This document shows positions 58,698 to 64,000 of a stretch of 64,000 bases of DNA, piece after piece. The notes beneath the pieces were generated by a model. It saw only the letters and a program-made list of their open reading frames with translations. It did no database searches and was not told the DNA's origin. The stretch's first letter is position 1, and every line of letters begins with the position of its first letter. Both the position numbers and the translations under genes were made by a program. Origin of the DNA: Gemmatimonadaceae bacterium (GTDB lineage: Bacteria > Gemmatimonadota > Gemmatimonadetes > Gemmatimonadales > Gemmatimonadaceae); NCBI GenBank assembly GCA_044224875.1, contig JBGAJQ010000001.1:32001-96000 (forward strand). Reading direction: 5' to 3'.

Positions 58698-59852
58698 ATG
58701 TCGACATCCCGGCGGGAATTTCTCAAGCACACGACCGCGTTAGGCGGTGCGATCGGTTTCGGGATCTCGGATCCGAACGTGGTGCGACTCGAACCGCCAA
58801 TGTGGGACGCGGCGCCGGAGGACATTCCGCCCAAGGCGGAAACACCACTTCGCATCCTGATCCTCGGTGGTACTGGATTCATCGGACCGCATCAAGTGCG
58901 CTACGCACAGGCGCGCGGTCATACGCTGACGCTCTTCAATCGCGGCGTCACGAATCCGGGCTTGTTCCCGGACATCGAGAAACTCCAGGGTGACCGCGCG
59001 GTCGGGAACTACGACGCACTCAAGGGTCGTGATTGGGACGTAGTGATCGACAATCCGACGACCATTCCGAGATGGGTGCGACAGGCGGCGGATTTGCTCA
59101 AGGGCCACACGCGTCAGTTCATGTTCGTGTCGACGATGTCCGTGTACGCCAAGAACGACACGCCGAATGCGGACGAAAGTGCGGACCTTGCCACGACCAC
59201 CGAGCCAGAGAGCGAAGACGCAAGACGGCTGTACGGCCCGTTGAAGGCACTCTCCGAGAAGGAGGTCGCGCGCGCATTTCCGGAGACACACACGATCATC
59301 CGGCCCGGTCTCATCGTCGGCCCGGGAGACTTGAGCGATCGCTTCACGTACTGGCCAGTGCGCATTTCCCGTGGTGGTGAGGTGCTGGCCCCCGGAACGC
59401 CGCGCGATCCCACGCAGATCATCGACGCGCGCGATCTCGCCGAGTTCATGGTTCGGGGGGTGGAGGAGCACACGTTAGGCACGTTCAATTGTACGGGACC
59501 GCAGTCGCCGCTCACGATCGGGGAGATGCTTGGCGGGATTCGCGCCACGCAGGTAACCGATGCACGATTGACCTGGGTAGATGCCGCATTCCTGACGCAG
59601 CATCAGGTGAGGCCGTGGAGTGACATGCCGGTGTGGATCCAGCCGGCCGGTGACTACGCGGGGTTCATGCGTCGCAGCACGGCGCGTGCTTTGGCGAAAG
59701 GACTGACCTTTCGTCCGCTCGCGGTGACTGCCAAGGACACACTCGACTACTACCTCGCGCAGTCGGAGTCCGATCAGGTGAAACTCCGCGCGGGTCTTGA
59801 TGCCACGCGCGAGCGGGAAGTGCTCGCGGCGTGGCACGCGGCTAACCCTTAG
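58698..59852 (+). CDS. NAD-dependent epimerase/dehydratase (extended SDR) with Tat signal
   Basis: SRREFLK, GGTGFIG, YGPLK (YxxxK), RPGLIVGP. Confidence 0.85.
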   Translation: MSTSRREFLKHTTALGGAIGFGISDPNVVRLEPPMWDAAPEDIPPKAETPLRILILGGTGFIGPHQVRYAQARGHTLTLFNRGVTNPGLFPDIEKLQGDRAVGNYDALKGRDWDVVIDNPTTIPRWVRQAADLLKGHTRQFMFVSTMSVYAKNDTPNADESADLATTTEPESEDARRLYGPLKALSEKEVARAFPETHTIIRPGLIVGPGDLSDRFTYWPVRISRGGEVLAPGTPRDPTQIIDARDLAEFMVRGVEEHTLGTFNCTGPQSPLTIGEMLGGIRATQVTDARLTWVDAAFLTQHQVRPWSDMPVWIQPAGDYAGFMRRSTARALAKGLTFRPLAVTAKDTLDYYLAQSESDQVKLRAGLDATREREVLAAWHAANP

Positions 59853-61551
59853 CCTTTTCCTTCTCCCAGCTGTCTCGCAGGGTGACGATCCGGTTGAAGA
59901 CAAGCGCTCCCGGTCGCGAATCCACGGTGTCGCTCATGAAGTAGCCGGTTCGTTCAAACTGGTATCGCGAGCCGATGGGGTCTTGGGCCACACTCGGTTC
60001 GACCTTGGCCCCCGTCACCACGGTGAGCGACGCAGGGTTGAGCGAGGATATGAAGTCCTGACCTTCGGGAACATCGTCCGGGTCGGGCACGGAGAAGAGC
60101 TTTTCGTAAAGCCGCAACGAACAGTCCAGTGCGTGCGCCGCGCTGACCCAGTGAATCGTGCCCTGGACCTTTCGTCCGTCCGGTGCATTGCCGCCGCGCG
60201 TCTCGGGGTCGTAGGTGCAGCGGAGCTCGACCACATTGCCCGCTGCGTCCTTCACGACGTCGGTGCACGTGATGAGGTACCCGTAGCGCAGGCGAACCTC
60301 CCGGCCGGGGGCGAGCCGGAAGAACTTCTTTGGCGGATCCTCCATGAAGTCGTCGCGGTCGATCCAGAGTTCACGGCTGAACGGAACGGGCCGTGAACCG
60401 GTCTTGGGCACGTCGTGCGGATAGTACGAGGCGTCCAGCGACTCCACTTTTCCTTCGGGGTAGTTGGAGAGGACGACTTTGAGCGGTTTGACGACGCAGA
60501 GCACGCGGGGGACGCGCATGTTGAGGTCGTTGCGCACGGCATGCTCGAAGGTCGCCAGCTCAACTCGCGCGTCCTTGCGTGCGACGCCAACGGTTTCGGC
60601 GAAGTCGCGGATGGCCTCTGGTGTCACGCCGCGGCGGCGCAGTGCGGCGATGGTGGGCATGCGGGGGTCGTCCCATCCGGAGACGTGTCCCTCGTTCACC
60701 AACCGTAGCAGCTTGCGCTTGGACAGCACCGTGTAGTCCAGCTGCAACCGCGCGAACTCCGTCTGCTCTGGTGGCCGGTCGAAGCCGGCCTCCTTCACCA
60801 ACCAGCGGTAGATGTCGTTGTTGTCCTTGAACTCCAGGGTGCATAACGAGTGCGTGACGCCCTCGATCGCATCGGACAGTCCGTGGGCGTAGTCATAGAG
60901 CGGGTACACGCACCAGGCGCTCCCTCGCCGATAATGCGGAGCGTTTCGAATCCGGATCAGCAGCGGGTCCCGCATGATCATGTTCGGATGCGCCATGTCG
61001 ATCCGGGCGCGCAGGACGTGTGACCCGTCGGCGAACTCTCCCGCGCGCATGCGCCGCAACAGGTCCAGATTCTCGTTCGCGCTGCGATCTCGATACGGGC
61101 TATTGGTGCCCGGTGAGGTGACGGTCCCACGTCCGTCGCGAATGGCCTCCTCGCTCTGCGAGTCCACGTACGCCTTGCCCTTCTGAACGAGCTGTTCGGC
61201 AATCTCGTAAAGTCGTTCGAAGTAGTCGCTGGCGTAGTACTCTCGATTTGCCCAGTCGAAGCCAAGCCATCGCAGGTCGTCCTTGATGGCGTTCACGTAC
61301 TTGATGTCTTCCGTGAACGGGTTGGTGTCGTCGAAACGCAGGTTGCAGACGCCACCGTACTCGGCGGCGACTCCGAAATTCAGGCAGATGGACTTCGCGT
61401 GCCCGATGTGAAGAAACCCGTTGGGCTCTGGGGGAAAGCGCGTCATGACCGAGCGCCCGAATTTCCCCGAGGCAACGTCGGCGGCAACCATCTCCCGGAC
61501 GAAGTCCTTCGAGCGAGGTGGTGAAGGGAGGGTAGGGTCGTCGGCGGGCAC
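59842..61551 (-). CDS. glnS: Glutaminyl-tRNA synthetase
   Basis: TRFPPEPNGFLHIGHAKSI, RFDDTNP, LSKRKL, WDDPRMPT, YQFERTGYF. Confidence 0.95.
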   Translation of the reverse strand: MPADDPTLPSPPRSKDFVREMVAADVASGKFGRSVMTRFPPEPNGFLHIGHAKSICLNFGVAAEYGGVCNLRFDDTNPFTEDIKYVNAIKDDLRWLGFDWANREYYASDYFERLYEIAEQLVQKGKAYVDSQSEEAIRDGRGTVTSPGTNSPYRDRSANENLDLLRRMRAGEFADGSHVLRARIDMAHPNMIMRDPLLIRIRNAPHYRRGSAWCVYPLYDYAHGLSDAIEGVTHSLCTLEFKDNNDIYRWLVKEAGFDRPPEQTEFARLQLDYTVLSKRKLLRLVNEGHVSGWDDPRMPTIAALRRRGVTPEAIRDFAETVGVARKDARVELATFEHAVRNDLNMRVPRVLCVVKPLKVVLSNYPEGKVESLDASYYPHDVPKTGSRPVPFSRELWIDRDDFMEDPPKKFFRLAPGREVRLRYGYLITCTDVVKDAAGNVVELRCTYDPETRGGNAPDGRKVQGTIHWVSAAHALDCSLRLYEKLFSVPDPDDVPEGQDFISSLNPASLTVVTGAKVEPSVAQDPIGSRYQFERTGYFMSDTVDSRPGALVFNRIVTLRDSWEKEKAKG

Positions 61552-61667
61552 GATAAGGAAGGCGGCAGGGGTCTGGACGGCATCCGGGGCTGACCTCGGT
61601 AAACTACTCGCCGTCGGGCATCCATCGCAGGCGTCTTGGCCCTACGGAACGGCGCCCCGGGTGCCGA

Positions 61668-61702
61668 GAAAACAAAACGCCGGCGAAATGAATCGTCGGC
61701 GT
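61668..61702 (-). terminator. Intrinsic terminator (minus strand) ~120 nt upstream of glnS
   Basis: ACGCCGACGA-ttcatt-TCGCCGGCGT followed by TTTGTTTTC. Confidence 0.6.
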
Positions 61703-62154
61703 CTGGTGACGTGCACTCGCACGCCTGCTTGTGACACTCCCTGCAACTTCTGGATGCCTTCGCGCTCGCAAAGGATGGGGTCCGGAGCGCCGCCGTCGCG
61801 ACTACGCGGCGCCCACTCCCATCACCCCACCCCGCATCGTAGGTCCCCCGACCTCACCACCACACGCTCCGAGCCCACACCCGGACTGCCCGACCCGATC
61901 CGCCCTCTGGTTCCCCCACCCCTCGTCGAGACGCGAATCACTTTGACTGGGCGCATGATGGGCTCGGGCAGGAGGGCTGTACACTCGTAGAACTACTAGT
62001 CGACGCCCGTTGTCCGAGCGCCCTTGGCGTCTGGTGTTTGCGTAACGCGATGCGCAAAACGGCGCTGAGGTCAGTGACGCGAATGGCGGAGCGTTTAGCT
62101 AAGGCCATGCAGCCGTGTGACCTCACGGTTCGCGTGCTCGCGAACTGGAAGCAG

Positions 62155-62183
62155 AAAGGGGATCCGTAACCTTCGGGATCCCC
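62155..62183 (-). terminator. Intrinsic terminator of the Rieske operon
   Basis: GGGGATCC-cgaaggttac-GGATCCCC-TTT, 45 nt after the stop codon. Confidence 0.55.
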
Positions 62184-62228
62184 CTGCAATCTTTCACAAC
62201 ATGCGAATGCAACGTTGCGCCAATGTTG

Positions 62229-62750
62229 CTATCCGATCGTCAATGTGCCCGCGGCGTCATCGTAGGTGGTGGAGTAGGCTCGCAGGCTGGAGGTGCGCTG
62301 GCCGCCGATCCACGTACCACTCGCGTTGAAACGTGCTCCGTGTCGCGGACAGGTAAATCCACCCGTGCCGTCGGTCGCCACTGTGGCTCCTTCGTGCGGG
62401 CATACGCGTGATAAGGCTACGAACGAGGAGGTGCCGGTTCGCACCACGGCGATGGCGGCGCCCGACGTGCTGACCAACGCGATACCGCCGACGTTGGCGA
62501 GCGATGCATAGTCGGCAATCTTGATGGTGAGCCCCCCGACGGTGCCTGGTCCTGTCAACGAGTCGTTGGTGCCGCACGCCGCGAGAGCGAGGACGGCGGC
62601 TGCGAGCATCCCACGGGAGAGGAAAGCACGCCGATCGAGTCCCGCGGGATCGCGCGGCGCCCCCATGACCTCAATGCCGACGCTTCCGTCAGCTGCAATT
62701 GCCAGGGGGCATGTCTGGGCGCACTCGGTGCCATCTTCGTGATGCGACAT
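62229..62750 (-). CDS. Rieske [2Fe-2S] protein, Tat lipoprotein
   Basis: DRRAFL, LAAC, CPHEG and CPRHG. GAGGAAGG RBS. Confidence 0.88.
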   Translation of the reverse strand: MSHHEDGTECAQTCPLAIAADGSVGIEVMGAPRDPAGLDRRAFLSRGMLAAAVLALAACGTNDSLTGPGTVGGLTIKIADYASLANVGGIALVSTSGAAIAVVRTGTSSFVALSRVCPHEGATVATDGTGGFTCPRHGARFNASGTWIGGQRTSSLRAYSTTYDDAAGTLTIG

Positions 62751-62764
62751 CCTTCCTCTCCTTG

Positions 62765-63346
62765 CTAGTCGACATGAACGACGGCCGCGGTCCATCCCGC
62801 GCCGTCTTCATCCTGCTTGAACATGCGATCGAGGTTCACGACGACGTTCGCTCCCTCGCGCTTGATTTCCAGCCGATCCATCCCGCGTGTGGCGCGTCCC
62901 TCGATGAACGCTCCATCGGGACGGTACTTCGACTTGTGCTTCGGGCATTGAAACCGGTGGTCCGATTCCAGCCATCGGAGCGCCGTGTTCTGGTGCGGGC
63001 AGGACAGGTTGAACGCGTACAGGTTGCGTTCCCAGCGAACCAAGATGACGTCGGCACTCTTGTCGATGCTCACGCCGTCGGTGGCGGGAATCGCGTACGT
63101 CTTGGTGTCCTTTGTCGTGACGAGTGGGTGCAGGTCATACATCGGAGGGAGTTGGGCGTCGGCATCCCGCGGCCGACCCTCGACCACCAAGGCTGCCGCC
63201 GCGGCAAGCGCCGCTGCACGCAGGAACGCACGTCGATTCACGCCGATCGAGCACCCGGCGCAGTCGGCTCCCGAGGTATCACCCCCGCTATTCCGCGCCA
63301 CAGTCCCGCCGTCGCTTGCAGGGCTGAGGTCTGGCGACTCGTTCAT
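62765..63346 (-). CDS. Rieske [2Fe-2S] protein with Tat motif
   Basis: NRRAFL, CPHQN and CPKHKS. ATGA overlap with the upstream gene. Confidence 0.88.
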   Translation of the reverse strand: MNESPDLSPASDGGTVARNSGGDTSGADCAGCSIGVNRRAFLRAAALAAAAALVVEGRPRDADAQLPPMYDLHPLVTTKDTKTYAIPATDGVSIDKSADVILVRWERNLYAFNLSCPHQNTALRWLESDHRFQCPKHKSKYRPDGAFIEGRATRGMDRLEIKREGANVVVNLDRMFKQDEDGAGWTAAVVHVD

Positions 63347-63861
63347 GCATTCACCAGGATCGCGCCAGCAATGAGCGTGGCGGTCCACAGTCCAATGCTT
63401 GCCAAGGCGCCACGGCGCAACGTGCGCCAGAGCACTTCCGTTCGAGACTCGCCCAACTCCGGGCGGCGCAGGGCAACTTCGGTGCGCGTCAACAACGCAC
63501 CATTCACGATGAGCAAGCCCACCAGCGCCATCTTGATCCAGAAGGTCCACGAGGTGGCATACGTCTCGACGTCCGCGGCCGCCAGTAACAACCCACTGAC
63601 AAACAGGATCCCGAGGGCGAGGAGCACCGGGCGATGCACCGCGTGCAATTCCGCGAGCTGCTGCGGACGGCCAAGCCCAACCGTCAGCTCAACTGCTCGG
63701 CTGGCGCGGAGGGTCGATCTGTCAGCTGCAACCGCCAACCCTCCGCCGAACATGAGCGCGACCAGGTGGACGGTGGTCACCGTAGTGGAAAGGAGCTTGG
63801 AGTCGTTGTAGATGGACTGCCATGGTGCTGTCCAAAGAGTCAATTCCTGCACGATCGTCAT
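63343..63861 (-). CDS. Four-TM membrane protein (DUF2214/DUF6644-like)
   Basis: HLVAL.FGGG, SGLLL, FWIKMALV, SIGLW. Confidence 0.7.
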   Translation of the reverse strand: MTIVQELTLWTAPWQSIYNDSKLLSTTVTTVHLVALMFGGGLAVAADRSTLRASRAVELTVGLGRPQQLAELHAVHRPVLLALGILFVSGLLLAAADVETYATSWTFWIKMALVGLLIVNGALLTRTEVALRRPELGESRTEVLWRTLRRGALASIGLWTATLIAGAILVNA

Positions 63862-63914
63862 ATGTCCGTCGAATTGAGGCTTAGAGGTTCAACGCGCAGC
63901 CGGCACGTAACCGG

Positions 63915-64000
63915 CTAGTGCTTCCAGACCCACATCATCACGGTGCTCGCACTCGCGAGACCGATGGATACCAACGCAGCGTTCCGGTGGTTCTGCGCGC
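63915..64000 (-). CDS. 3' end of a membrane protein (truncated by window edge)
   Basis: Open minus frame ...AQNHRNAALVSIGLASASTVMMWVWKH-TAG, co-oriented with the Rieske operon. Confidence 0.5.
   Translation of the reverse strand, partial: AQNHRNAALVSIGLASASTVMMWVWKH

Larger units (their letters stand above)
245..59479. repeat. Dispersed over-represented heptamer CGTTAGG/CCTAACG
   Basis: At least 31 copies counted by eye, 16 as CGTTAGG and 15 as CCTAACG on the + strand. Positions are listed in the findings. Confidence 0.75.

Noticed and set aside
61668..61800. T-box riboswitch for glnS
   Set aside because: No GGTGGNACCGCG T-box sequence ahead of the terminator.
1..64000. CRISPR arrays, tRNA/rRNA, transposases, prophage or defence genes
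   Set aside because: No regularly spaced repeats, RNA gene signatures or such protein motifs were recognised on reading.

Overview
GC-rich (about 65% by eye), gene-dense bacterial chromosome segment. Lineage-typical proteins (plug-only lipoprotein, CarboxypepD_reg surface protein, Zn-ribbon hypothetical) suggest Gemmatimonadota, which is an inference. I found about 49 CDS and no rRNA, tRNA, CRISPR, IS element or prophage. Main contents: (1) a ~10 kb cluster with five amide-bond ligases (three ATP-grasp, two GCS2/YbdK-type), two esterases and a PuuD-like gamma-glutamyl hydrolase; (2) a mycobacterial Sdh1-type succinate dehydrogenase operon; (3) a Tat-exported orphan LanC-like protein next to a PLP decarboxylase; (4) tkt, an M20 peptidase, a PAS-GGDEF protein and a VIT-vWA/ECF/anti-sigma operon; (5) an ECF/FecR/TonB-receptor locus; (6) a receiver-TrxB-like / cNMP histidine kinase / UBP zinc-finger module; (7) glnS and tandem Tat-Rieske proteins. 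The most striking signal not explained by the genes is the heptamer CGTTAGG/CCTAACG. I counted at least 31 copies by eye, spread over both strands and all reading frames, often forcing rare codons or overlapping stop codons. All product calls come from motif recognition, not database searches.
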